In this document: piece by piece, positions 37,861 to 50,397 of the stretch | Layout: the number at the start of each line of letters is the position of its first letter | Position numbering within the stretch: the stretch's first letter is position 1 | Source: Marsupella aquatica | Lineage: Eukaryota > Plantae > Marchantiophyta | Direction of reading: 5' to 3' | NCBI GenBank assembly: GCA_973895155.1 | Contig: OZ316891.1 | Location: forward strand, 5,985,708 to 6,049,707 | Length of the DNA stretch: 64,000 nucleotides | Made by a program: the position numbers and the translations under genes | Notes under the pieces: model-generated | Seen by the model: the letters and a program-made list of their open reading frames with translations, nothing else | The model's database searches: none | Told to the model about the DNA's origin: nothing

Positions 37861-39075
37861 TATGCTAGGCTAGCGACAGTTTGCGAGGAGGGCAAGTGAG
37901 GGCACAGGGAGCAATGGCAAGGGAGGAGACATTTCTTCTTTTATTTTCCCCCCACTCCTTCCCCCATTTTCGTTCCTCCCCTCCCCACGTTGGGTGTCAT
38001 GGTGGACTGCAGATCCAGGAGTACAGTGATGCGGGGACCACAGACGGGACCGAGGGTAGGCTTTCAATAAACCCCAAGATCACAGAAAAAGGTTTCATGA
38101 AACAAATGACCAGTATTTTATCCCGCCCTGCTTTACTTTTAATTTGCAAACAGGTCACATGATCGAAGATTTGACAGTAATCATGTATTTTCTTCTGGAA
38201 AATAAATTTTAATTAGTTGGTCTCTAAATATATTTAAATTGGTAATCATGTATTTTTTAGTGGAAAACATTTTTTAATTAGTTTGTTTTTAAAGATGTTT
38301 ATATTGATACCACTGTCATGCGCTTTATAATTTTTATAAATATGTCACTGCTTTATACAAAGAAGACACGTTCAACAAAATAAACATGGTGAAAATGTAT
38401 GAAAACTATAATAGACTAGCCTGATTGTATATATCACACACGCACAAAGGTTGAAAAACGCCAAATTGGAAGACCAAAAAAACCTTGTAAACTCTTGTTC
38501 ATTTTTGCCTCCATTCCTTCTTTTTTTCACCTGTACTTCTATTTTGTCTTTATTGAGACTGAGTCAATGTTAGTTTTGTCATAATATAAAGTCACTGTAA
38601 GTTTTGTTAAAGTTTGAAGGAATGTCAATTTTGTTAACGTTTGCTCTCATTCCTTTTTGTGGTCCCACCTTCACTTTTCATTTTTTCCTTATTGAGAGTT
38701 ACTAAGCTAGGGGCTTCACTATAGACAATAGCACTTGAAAATAAATTTGAATTGCGGTTAATAAGTAATACTAGCCCCAACTACCCTTCTTTGAAGGAGA
38801 GGAGAGTACAATTAGTTTCGTGGACCCCTTGACTAATTGATAGCCTAGTTATCACAAACAGTTTTCAAAATCAGGCCTTTTTGGTACATGCTACCAAATT
38901 CTCAAGCTAGCTACGAGAATCAAAATTCAATTTGTGACATTTGTAATTAGATGAATGTCTGATTAAATGAATTGTTTCAGTTCGTTGAGTGTTCAAGTTC
39001 GGACCATGGCTAGCAGTTTACCTTAATTGCAAAGGGCCGAAAATCTTACTCCAAGTGCCAATTACCCTTTGACAA

Positions 39076-39400
39076 GGAAATTATCAAGTCAGTTATTAGT
39101 CATTATTTATTATATGAAAAACATTTTTTATAAATCTTTGAATTTAAGTTTTAAAATTGGAAATGTAACTAAAACGGTTACATAGTGACAATTTTAACCC
39201 TCTTGCTATTTACATTTTTAATTTTTAACTTTTCTTTTTAGGGCATGGCGTCCCAAAATTTACACTCAAATTGACACAAACACGAATGCAAACTATAAGT
39301 TTGACTCACAAAACTGATAAGTCTTGTTTGTTACGATTGTTGTTGACGTGGCACATGTGGTGCCAGGAATTTTGAAAGGGACCTCTAATGGGGTCCGTAA
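39076..39400. repeat. Dispersed AT-rich repeat, second copy at ~44424-44750
   Basis: Near-identical blocks ttatcaagt.agttattagtcattatttattatatgaaaa...gggacctcta.tggggtccgtaat. Additional shared pieces at ~38490-38830 versus ~43150-43940. Confidence 0.85.
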
Positions 39401-39680
39401 TAAAATGTGATAGACTATATTCACTATTCACATTCTTGAAATATATTAATAATAAAAAATAACCATTCATTATGTCTATACATCACATATAATTGGTGGG
39501 ATAAAAAATAACCATTCATATGTCTATACATCACATATAATTGGTGGGACCCAAGAGTCACTGTCTAAAGTATTCACTACCTACACCTTGACTCTAACTT
39601 CCCCTTGGCACTTTATAAGTATATACACATCTTCTTTATATGCCCATATGCTTTGGTGGGGTTCTAGAGTCACATTCTAG

Positions 39681-40350
39681 CCCGGTTTAACCTGACGGGC
39701 AAGTTGACAGCTTGCCGGGCATGTCAAACTGTCAAATGACGGCTTGAAAATGACCAATTTGACGGATATTCCACAATATTCTCCCGAACTCACCCGGACT
39801 CCCCCGGACCCTTCCCGGACTCCTCCCGAACTCACCCGGACCCTTCCCGGACTCCCCCAGACCCGAACCCGGACTCCCCCGGACCCCGGTTCGGGGTGGC
39901 AGCCAGCCGGGGCCGGGTCTGGGGTCGGGGCTGGGGGAAGGAGGGCGGGGTTTAGAGTCCCGGACTCCCCCGGACCCGAACCCGGACCCTTCCCGAACTC
40001 CCCCGAACTCCCCCGACCCTCCCCCGAAACTCCCCCGAAACTCCCCCGACCCTCCCCCGAACTCCCCCGAAACTCCCCCGAAACACCCCCGACCCTCCCC
40101 CGAACTCCCCCGACCTACCCTGAACTCCCGGTCCCCCGAACCTTGCCCAAACTCCCCCGAACCCGGCCCAGACTCCCCCGAACCCGAACTCCCCCTCGCC
40201 TGAACTCCCCCGAACTCCCCCAAACCTCGCCCGAACCCGGCCCGAATGTCTCCCGAACTTGTCCCGGCCCGGACTGCTCCCGAACCCGGGTGCCGGGTTG
40301 CCGATTTGCCGACGATTTTTGGCCAGTTTGACGGGCAAGGTCAAACCGGG
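39681..40350. mobile_element. 670-bp non-autonomous TIR DNA transposon with 8-bp TSD and GC-skewed minisatellite core
   Basis: TSD CATTCTAG at 39673-39680 and 40351-40358, TIR CCCGGTTT(A/G)ACCT at both ends, interior made of cccgaactcccc / cccggactcccc repeats. Confidence 0.88.
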
Positions 40351-43321
40351 CATTCTAGAGACTTCACTCTGGAAGTCTACACCCTGACTCTAGTCTCACT
40401 CTAGAAATCTTTCACTCTAGAAGCTACTTCCTGACTCTAGCTTAACTTCCCCTGGAGCTTTATAAATAAAGGTGCTCTGGAAAATCTTATGCCAAAATAT
40501 GTACTCCTAGGCAGTGGTCGCAACCTGACCTCCCAAGATTTAATATTAAAAATAGAATTCAATGTAATTTTGGTGTTTCGCTCCCATTATCAGTTCACAA
40601 GGCCAATCACAGCAAGGTAGCCATACAGTACATGTCAATGCATTGGATTGATAGTGCTGCTCGCCAAGTCCCATTCTGTATCAATATACAGTAGGCTCTC
40701 TCTTCTAAGTGCACATTTCATTCTAAGTGCACATTCCATAAGCATAAAAACTGGTTTAGTGTAGGGCATCCTGTTTTTCCCTTTTATGTTACACCAAAAT
40801 TGCAAAGGCAATTGAGATTGAAGAGACAAAGGCGGGATACGGTAATTATACGATTACATACAAACTAACATGCTAGTGCATTAAAAGAAACAAAAATGGA
40901 GACGGCACATTCACTGAAACCCCCTGCATAATTAATTATACCACCAATCAAATATCTCCCAACGTCCCAAGAAGATCTAGTAAACTCCTCCAACAACTAA
41001 AGGGCTGCCCTTGAAACTGGCATATTAAGCACACAACTATACCATCGAGTATCCCAGGTCTAGTTGGACTCCCTGGATCTCGTAGACTCCTCCAATTACT
41101 AAATGGCTGCATGAAACTGGCGTATTACACACACAATTATACCATCGAGTATCCCAGGTCTAGTTGGAGTGTTGGACAGTTCAGAGTTGGACTCAAGGCA
41201 ATTAAAAGGGCGCTGCGCATTTACTTACTATTCAAGTCCCTCCTCGATCCTTGCATAATCCCCTCTCGGCCTCTCTCTTGCCACCCTTGTCAGACCATAG
41301 ATCGTAGCCCCCTAGTCATGGCCGTTAGGCGGTTAGGGCCAAGGGAATAAAAATTTTAACGTCTCGTTTCTCCTTTATTCAATGCGCAATTGAAACTTCT
41401 ACCTGCGAATTTTTGCAACGTTCCAACTACCAAACATGTTATTTTACATCCAACTCCCGAACAAGTTGGATGTAGCCCAGTTTTTTACACTTTTCTCAGA
41501 TCATTTTATTAGATTTTCTCATAGTTTTTAATTATTTTGTTACTAAAAATATTTCTATCTTAGATATAATTCACCAATTACAAGTTAGAGTTAGGGCCTA
41601 GGCTTCTAGAGTACATACTCTAAACCTTATTTCCATGGCACACACATGATATGTATCTCAAAAATCATGAATATGTCAAATGAAACCATTTATGCTTTTT
41701 GTCATGATTTTTATTTACAGTAAAAATAATAAACTTTAAGATCACCATAGACAGTGGATGTGAGAACTCATAAATATGTCAAATGATAAACTTGTATACT
41801 TTTTGTTATGATTTTTATTTACATTAAAAAATTGGCAAAATGTCAAAGCAAAACAAATAATTACAGAGAGAGGCAATGTTTAGAGATAAATTAAAGAAAA
41901 TAAAAGCAAAAAGACAAACACAATAGGCAAAGAGGGGGAAACCCAACATACGGAAAGGGAGTTAGAGGAGATCCTATCCAGAGCTCTTAATGGAATTTTG
42001 CAGATCATCAAGGGTCAACAATAAAAACTTCTGTCCAATCCAATGGTTGCCTGAGTTTGAATCCGGCCCAATCTTGCGATTGTACAGATTATGCCCATAA
42101 ATGGATGGGATCCCTGATTGTGTGTAGGCTCATGCCCAGCAGAATTTGAGGCGAAGAAAAGATGTCAAGGCAAGGCAAGAATGTCAAAGCAAGTGAAAAC
42201 ATCAAGGCGGAAGCAAGACAAAGATGTTGAGGCAAGACAACAATGTCGAGGAGGGAAACACTTTTTGTTTTAATGTTCAATTTTTTAAAATATTTGATAA
42301 ATAGGTATTTTCATGCACAAAAAACTATAAGTTTTCCATCACGGAAAAGCTCTTGGCCGGCAAAAATATTATCCCCTCTATCCTTTTCTTGTTTTGTAGT
42401 TTTTCCATGTCCTCAACTTTATTTTACTTTTTTTCCCTTTATCTTAGTAAATCAACCCTCTCCCCTCTCCCTCATTGTGGCTTTTCCTCTTTATCTTAGG
42501 AAACCAACCCTCTCCCCTCCTTGTGGTTTTAAGTCTCCAGGGTATCATGGGAGACTAATACATAATCATACTCTATGCAAAATCCAAAAAATTTGACATG
42601 CCCCAAAAGTCTATGGTTGGGATGTGTGTAATTGGGATGTGTGTAATTCAATAAAAAAGAAAGACACATTTTAGATGATGTCACATGAAAATGTACATAA
42701 TAATCATCTCATGTACTCTCTATTTGAGAAGTATATCATTTGACACTCCTAGTCATTCAATCCAAGAGTACACAAGAAATTAAAAACAATCTCATGGCTT
42801 AGGTTGATTCCCTCCATTTTCAATTTTGTAAGCACACAAAAGTACTTTTTGGTCACATTGCATATTGTAGAAATAAATTATTAAAATAATTTTTTATATG
42901 ACAATTTTTTATCATTTCATATTTTCAAAGAATATAAATAAAATAAATATTTTAGTGACATTCTATTCACATTTTTGAACTAGTAGTCTAGGCTAGTTTT
43001 ATTGAATTTTCTTTCATAGTTCTTAAGTAATTTGTTACTAAACATATTCTAATTCACAATTTTATTTTCTATGTGATTATACATACTAATTTAATTATCC
43101 ATTCTTCGAACATAAATAAATATGAAAACAAAAACATATTGTAAAACAAAGATACTCTTGTTCATCTTGACTCTTTTTCCTTAAAGCATCACTTCTATTT
43201 TGTCTTTAGTGAGAGCCACTTTTAGTTTGTTAACCTTAGTTTGCTCCTATTTATTTTGGTTTCATCAACACCTTTCAGTTTTGTTCTATTGAGAGTTACA
43301 GTCTAGATGGGATTGTCAATG

Positions 43322-43850
43322 TACTTTGGCAGATGTTGTGGTAGCAAATTAACCCTTTGCGTCAAGACGTCATTGGAATAGCGGCGACAACGACATGGGC
43401 AGCGACATCCCGGGCGGCCTCGACAAAGGAGGCAAAATATGCTGCTCAAACTTTATCTCATACCTTCCTCACCCTCGCTATTGAGATGTTTCGGCTTCTT
43501 TGACAAGTTGCTTGTGATATTCATGGACAGATGGGTTTCTCCGGACCCTTACTATCCATCTTGATCATGCACTTTTGTCAGCATAGTTCAGTGCCCTTGC
43601 AGCGCGCCCAAGCTTGAATCATTTATCTTGATCCCTTAGAGTGAGCACCACTATGCCCCCAAAAATGCTAGACCCCTAGAGTACATTCTTATCCCACTTG
43701 TTGATTTGGTTAGGACATTGAATGTCGCCTATTAGCCCTTGTCCCATTTCCAATGTAGACACTAGTCCTTGAGTTTACATACACTCATGTAGTGTTTGAC
43801 ACTTTTCTCTTTTTCTTAGTCTTTTTTAGGTTTACACTTGCTTCTCTTTT
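43322..43850 (+). mobile_element. Degenerate 3' fragment of the same CRE-like family as 8590-9627
   Basis: Translates with stops/frameshifts to TLADVVVAN/PLRQDVIG..AASTKEAKYAA..FLTLAIEMF...LQRAQA...DLVRTLNVAY*, matching the C-terminus of ORF 8590-9627. Confidence 0.85.
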
Positions 43851-46050
43851 TCCTTGTCAGGTTTCAAGATGACTTTCAAAAGTACTACCCTCTATAACCC
43901 GTTCTTTGAACGTGAATTAGTTCATGGACCCCTTGGCTAATAAAATCAGGGGAAGAGTCAATCTGAGCCGTCTCCATTTCTTATCTCCGGAAATCTCGTC
44001 CGTCCATCATAATGGCCAATCTATGGCTCAAAAGAAAGATCTCAAATAGATCTATGGATGGGTTCTGTCCGTTTTGCAAATGGGTTAATATTTTTCAAAT
44101 GAAAAATTAAACAAATCCAAGCCTTCCTAGCCATCGATTTTGTTGATTTTACGATCTTTGCCGTCCATTTTGTAATGCCTCTAGAATCTTATTCATCTAT
44201 GTTAGAAGGCGATCTAGGGTGCAAAAATAAGATCTCAATGAGATCTACGACTGGGTATTTTTTGTTTTGAGAATGAGTAAATAGTTTTGAGTATAAAATT
44301 TGATGAACTTTCAAGATTCCAGCCATTGCTCCTCCCCGATCCTGGGTTTCTATGTGTTCTTCCCAGCATTAATGGCCGTACAATACGAGAGGTCCTTACA
44401 TATCGGGAGTTGCGGTTTAACAAGAAAGTTATCAAGTTAGTTATTAGTCATTATTTATTATATGAAAAATACTTTTTATAAATGTTTGAATTTAAGTTTT
44501 AAAATTGGAAATGTAACTAAAACGGTTATATAGTGACAGTTTTAACCGTCTTGCTCTTTGCATTTTCAATATTTTTACTTTTCTTTTTATGACACGGCGT
44601 CCCAAAATTTACACCCAAATTGACACGAACACGAATAAAACTATAAGTTTGATTCACAAAACCGACGAGTCTTGTTTGTTGTCATTGTTGTTGACGTGGC
44701 ACACTGTGGTGCCAGGAATTTTGGAAGGGACCTCTAGTGGGGTCCGTAATGACGGAGAAGATAATGAAAGTGTTATCAAAAACTTCTCTATTCATATTCT
44801 GTGAAGGTTATGATAAAAAAATTCATCATTTTAATAATCATATATATAATATACCATTTTTTTCTATGCACATCTATCTTTGTATGCACATATGTTGTGG
44901 TGGGCTATGCTTAATTTTTTAATATAAATATTTAAAAATTATCAAAAAAACACATAATCATAAAAAAACTTGCAAGTACCATATAACATATACATAGTCA
45001 TGAGTTCATCCCATACATATGTTCCATTTGACATACATGTAATATATACCATTTGACATACATGTAATATATACCATTTGACATACATCTTAGTCATGAG
45101 TGGAGTCATAATCATGGACTTAGTGTCTAGAGCTTCACTCTAGACCTAGGCCCTAGACCTATGCCCTTAGAAGTTCGGACCTAGGCCCTATGCCCTTAGA
45201 AGTTCAGTTCGCGGGTAAGAAGATGTGAGGAGGAAGGTTTGGAACAAATCTGGCCTCAATTCAATTGCATATCCAAAGGTGGAGCTAAAGAAAACTCCTG
45301 GGACGTCATACCAAACCAGCAATCCTGTAGACCGACCCAGATTCAACCGAAACCTTACCCGCCTGACTGAGCTCGTCCAGTACACTTGAAACGACTTCCT
45401 CACAGATATATTTTCCCCTCAGCAATTCACGTCTCAGCTGCAATGCCGTTACGGCACAACAGTGAGCTCGGTTCCTTCCCCTCCAGTGAATGCAACTCGA
45501 AAGGGCACTTTTTAGCTGGAAAGGGCTTGAGATCTGTGAACTGAAGGTAACGAAGTTAACACGGGCGTACAATACGTTTCAGAAACGAATTCTTGGCACG
45601 AAGTTTTGCACCTGGCCAGTATTTTCACGTGGACAAAGGTAAGATTGATCCCTGATTACCCATCAGTTCGCGAGATTTCCAACCAGATGATCAATCAGAG
45701 CATTCCAAGAACGTTCAATGTCCTCTATTCCGATATCTTAGCTTGTCCACAGTAAAAGCAAGAGTTATCCACTAGCTAGAGTTTCTGTCCGTGGCATTCA
45801 GAATCGGCTGACAGTAGGTCCGGACAGCCATGAATAAGCGTTAGCATCAACTCTCGGGGATGTTTAACAACAGTGATAGGAAACTAGTGGAGCTCAATAA
45901 CTCGGAGGGGATAGACTATAGGCTATGTTATTATCTCTTAAAAGTTTGTATTCTCATGTCTGCTCCAGAAGTCGTACAGATTAGTTCAAAGCGGGATTCA
46001 AAACATCAACCAATCGACCAATCGAGCTTTTGCAAAACAATATTATCAAT

Positions 46051-48081
46051 ATGTCGCAGCGCAAGCAACGAAAATCCGTTTTGCCTGCCAAATTCGCGGA
46101 TCCACCAGATCGTCAATCTGGTCGTCCAGTGAGGCAAAAACGAACAGGGAACGAAACCAAGAACGCATCAGTTTTGCCATCTGCGAAGAAGCCCAAATCG
46201 AAGGCGAATCAAAGGGTGGAGGGGGCTGCGAAGAAGCCTAAATCAAAGGCGAATCAAGGCCCGCAGGGGGCTGCTAAATTCGTCGTCGGTATCGACTTTG
46301 GTACAACTTTTTCAGGATTTGCTTATGCGTCGATGGATGACCCGGGGAACGTTTACACATATGAAAATTGGCCCAAGAAAAAACAAGCTGGGGCTTCCAG
46401 ATATGGGAAAACGCAGACGAGTCTTCGGTATCTGCCTGGGATATCTGTCGGCACTTTCGAACTCCAAGACTGGGGCTGGCCAGCGTTTGTAAATCACTGT
46501 GACGAATTGCAGCAGAAACAAGCCAATACGGTAACGAACTCCCGCAGCGTTTGGAAGCAATCTGTCGACCATCATCCAAGTCTCTTCTTCACAAATTTCA
46601 AGTTATATCTGGCTGATGGCGCCCGGGATGGCTCCAGTTCACATTATTCTGACCAATACAAGCAAGAAAGGCCACCAGAGGGGCTTTCTGTTGAACAACT
46701 CATAGCCGATTATTTGAGGGCGCTATCTACGTTCGCAATGGAAGAGCTGAAGAAAAGGTATGGCAGCTTCATCCGGAAAACGGACGTCAAGTGGTGCTTG
46801 ACAGTTCCTACAATCTGGACCGATTCCGCAAAGCACACCATGAGAATCTGCGCTGAGATGGCTGGCCTAGTCCATGGCCCTCACTGTCAGGATGAGGATG
46901 CCAGCTCGGAAGAGAATTTTGCAATTGTGTTGGAGCCAGAAGCCGCTAGTGTTTACTGCCTCCAGAAGGTGAAAAACTCCCATGATCTAAAAGTTGGGAG
47001 CAAGGTACTGGTGGTGGATGCAGGAGGCGGAACGGTAGACTTGGTTGTGCACGAGATAGTGGATGATGACTGTTTGAAAGTGAAAGAAGTAACGTCCAGT
47101 ACAGGAGATCTGTGTGGAGGTACTTTTGTTGACATGGCATTCAAAAATCATCTGGCTAAGACAATTGGTTGTTTCGAAAAATTCAGTACAGAGCACCCGT
47201 ACACTACCCTCGATATCTTGGACAAATGCAACGGCTTCAAATGTAGCTTTGGTAGGTACAGCCGACAGCTCCACGTCCTGGACCTTCCTGCAAAGCTTTC
47301 TAAGTCCTGGGAGGAAAATGAGAGGACAACCGGGTCATGGAGCGAAGACCGTCGATACGAAGAAGTTGTAATCACGGGGGAAGAGATGACCAGTATGTTT
47401 GATGGACAGGTCAAGAAAATACTCAAACTTATGAACGATCAACTAATGCTCGTTCCAAAGATCGAAGCCATTTTTGTTGTTGATGGGTTCAGTAACTCCT
47501 TTTATCTCATGGAGAGAATTCGTGCCGAATTTGCCCATGCAGTGAAAAATATCACCAGTCCAACTGACCCTGAATATGCGGTATGTAAAGGGGCAGTGCT
47601 GATGGGAACCGTCGGTGTTGACATAATGATGTCAAGAAAGTCGAAGAAAACTTATGGGGTAAGTATGTTCCGTCCATTCACTAAAGGTGATCCTCCGGGC
47701 TGTAAAGTGAGTGCTGATAATGGAAAGCATCTCTGTAAAGACGCATTCGATATTTTCGCTCGGATAGGAGACGACGTCCCTGTGAATTACTGTGTGCGCC
47801 GACAATATGGGCCGTTTAGCAAAGGTCACTCCGATATTGTGTTCACCATGTTTTCAACGACTGATCCGAAGCCCAGATTCGTCACAGACAATGGAGTGAA
47901 GAAAATAGGTACTTGGACATACCAACTTCCTCTCGAAGCCCAAAAGATGAAAAATGATCCATCGGTCGCGGTCGAAATGTATTTTGGAAGATCTCATATC
48001 GAGATGTCGGCAGAACCGTTAAATTTTGTTGGAGGGAAAGAGTCCATGTTCTCAGTGTCGTTTGACTCGAAGCTTAACTAG
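46051..48081 (+). CDS. HSPA12-type atypical Hsp70 (actin-like ATPase) with basic N-terminal extension
   Basis: VVGIDFGTTFSGFAYA, WP....KTQTSLRY, WGW, FKLYL, IADYL, WCLTVPTIWTDSAKHTMR..AEMAGL, LEPEAAS, VVDAGGGTVD, CGGTFVD, P..AVCKGAV, SRKSKKTYGV, MYFG are HSPA12-subfamily motifs. There is no EEVD tail. The first ATG is at 46051 and the gene is intronless. Confidence 0.9.
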   Translation: MSQRKQRKSVLPAKFADPPDRQSGRPVRQKRTGNETKNASVLPSAKKPKSKANQRVEGAAKKPKSKANQGPQGAAKFVVGIDFGTTFSGFAYASMDDPGNVYTYENWPKKKQAGASRYGKTQTSLRYLPGISVGTFELQDWGWPAFVNHCDELQQKQANTVTNSRSVWKQSVDHHPSLFFTNFKLYLADGARDGSSSHYSDQYKQERPPEGLSVEQLIADYLRALSTFAMEELKKRYGSFIRKTDVKWCLTVPTIWTDSAKHTMRICAEMAGLVHGPHCQDEDASSEENFAIVLEPEAASVYCLQKVKNSHDLKVGSKVLVVDAGGGTVDLVVHEIVDDDCLKVKEVTSSTGDLCGGTFVDMAFKNHLAKTIGCFEKFSTEHPYTTLDILDKCNGFKCSFGRYSRQLHVLDLPAKLSKSWEENERTTGSWSEDRRYEEVVITGEEMTSMFDGQVKKILKLMNDQLMLVPKIEAIFVVDGFSNSFYLMERIRAEFAHAVKNITSPTDPEYAVCKGAVLMGTVGVDIMMSRKSKKTYGVSMFRPFTKGDPPGCKVSADNGKHLCKDAFDIFARIGDDVPVNYCVRRQYGPFSKGHSDIVFTMFSTTDPKPRFVTDNGVKKIGTWTYQLPLEAQKMKNDPSVAVEMYFGRSHIEMSAEPLNFVGGKESMFSVSFDSKLN

Positions 48082-48794
48082 ACTGTTGTCTCATGTTCTC
48101 AAACTAGAATCAGTTCCCCATTCAGTTCATGATCAGAAGCTAGCCCATCGTTGGTTCTTATGCCTGGATTTGTGCCAGACCAGGTACGCAGAAGCAGTAG
48201 ATAGCTTGAATCGGAGCCAGGTCCTTTGGCTGGATGGTGTACTTTGCTCAGGATTCAATGAAAGAGGAGAGTCGTTATCTTCCTACATGTGCAGTAGGAG
48301 TATAGATGTTGTCACGTTCGTCCCGATCTCATTAAGCACGCCAGTAGTTCCCGTTCAAATCTGAACTGAGATTCACAAGCTGGTATGTACTTAGATCCTG
48401 CCATTGACGACGAATATGGCGATGTCAGCACTTCTGAGCTCCCCGGTTCTGAACTCCGCACTTCAAGCTTCAAGTGGACATTGAGTGGCAGTCATGGGAG
48501 AAACGAGACTGGCCAAGGGTTGGATGTTCCGATTCCTTTTTGCTCAGCACTCACCGTGTAACCTTGTTGATCATGTCCCAAGAAGGATTAAAGTTCTGAT
48601 AGGTGCAAGTGCTGTGAGTTTTACCCTGCTCTCTCAATTCTTCGATTTAGACTTAATCACGGGAATGACATGCCGTTGATCTAATCATTTTCTTGAGCTA
48701 TATGTGTACCTTTATCGTGAACATTGTACTCAAATGAGACGTTTGTAGTCCAATGGGTCTTGTTGAAATCTCAGAAACTCTGTTCGGGTATTTC

Positions 48795-49270
48795 CGGGAA
48801 ACAAAAGAAGAATGTATACACAAACTTTTTACAAACAGAGTACAAAAGAAAAAACAAAAGAGGTCCAAGTGGGCGAAACCAAATGCAAAAAAAATGAGAA
48901 AAAGAAAACTCTAAGAACCAAGAAAGGGGAACTAAAAAGGGGAACTAAAAAGACCCCAAATGGAAGGGGAACTAAAATGACCTCAAATGGGCAAAACCAA
49001 ATGCAAAAAAAATGAGAAAAAGAAAACTCTAAGAACCAAGAAAGGGGAACTAGAAAGACCGCAAATGGAAGGGGAACTAAAATGAAGGCAAATGGGTCTA
49101 GGTTCTTATCATTAGGTTCTTATCATTCCTATCTATTCTGGCTAACAGTTAATGGTCTGTTCTTATCATTCCTAGCTATTCTGGCTAACAGCTAATGGTC
49201 CACATCATTAGTAACAGGTCCTTATCATTCCTAGTTAATTGGGCTAACAGCTAATATTTCACATCATTAG
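48795..49270 (-). mobile_element. 3' UTR-only fragment of the CRE-like family, with internal tandem duplications
   Basis: agtacaaaagaa.aaacaa..aggtcc.aagtgg.c.aaaccaaa.gcaaaa...aaccaagaaag...caaatgg...tcatt.ctagc...tggtc.acatc aligns with 8380-8605. Confidence 0.65.
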
Positions 49271-50397
49271 CTGATGCTAATGTACAACCGAATCATGATA
49301 GACTTTAGATGTTACTAGACACTCATTTATGCCTATGGTGTGGTTAGTTTGTAACATAGAATCATTTTTCTCGTCTTTGGCTATTGTTGGAAAGGACCCC
49401 CCATAATTTATAAATGAATTGTTGCTGTTTACAATATCATTTTAGAATTTTAATTTTACAAATTTTCATTTAAAAATACAAAAAATAGTTTAAAACATTT
49501 ATTTTAGTTAATCAATATAATATACACTATTTTTTTCACAGAAATGAGTAAATCTTTAGTCCATTTAGATGGGTCTTTCTGGATGTTCCAATTTAATGGA
49601 AACTACCCCCTTTGAAAAAAATGTAAGAAAGAAAGTGAAAAAACATCTTGACAAGTGGCCAACAAGCTAAAGCTACAATTTGAATAAGAGAACAATCCAA
49701 AGTCTACTAATGATTTTGTCATCCCCTTGAGCATTCACGTTCTCTCCCCATAATGATTTGTTTTTCAAACATTACCTCTCAGAAATCTCAAGCGGCTGTG
49801 TATGAGTTTTTTGCCTGTGAATGTAAGTAAGAGATGATTGTGGCAGGTTACTTATAGTTTGTGAGCATTCCTCCAGACTCATACATGCCTAGATCTCTCA
49901 ACGCCGCAGGTATTGATAAAACATGCTTGCAAAACCAAGGCAGTATTTCGTTACGTTGAAGCCCATTTCATTTCTGGATACAATGGCAGACGCCAGAAGT
50001 CTGGTTAATCCCAGAATTTAAACGAATCGAACAACTGCAACATAGCATATAGGCATGGACGAAAGCAATTTTATCTGAGTTGGAAAGCTTTATAGTTGAG
50101 TGGTATGCATAGCAAGCTGAAGAACACCATCGACCAACCATTTGTAGTCTCTTGAGATCAGAAGAATTTATTGAGTAACAAGGCCTTCATTATATATTAT
50201 TGCAAAGCATTGCAATTCACAAATGTACATACACTATATATGAAGCTGGCAGCAAGTCATACTACGCAACATCAGTGCTGCTAGGTTTCAACACCGTCTC
50301 CCATGCTTAGTCGACACCTATCAAACCCTAGCCATTTGTGCTCCTACCTAGGTCTATTGCGTCGTCTCGTCTAGCGCTCCTCTCGTCTAGCGGTCGT

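Noticed and set aside
39732-40353. Pro-rich and Gly-rich ORFs (extensin/GRP-like)
   Set aside because: They fall within a TIR/TSD-bounded element; they are open in several frames only because the repeat lacks stops.
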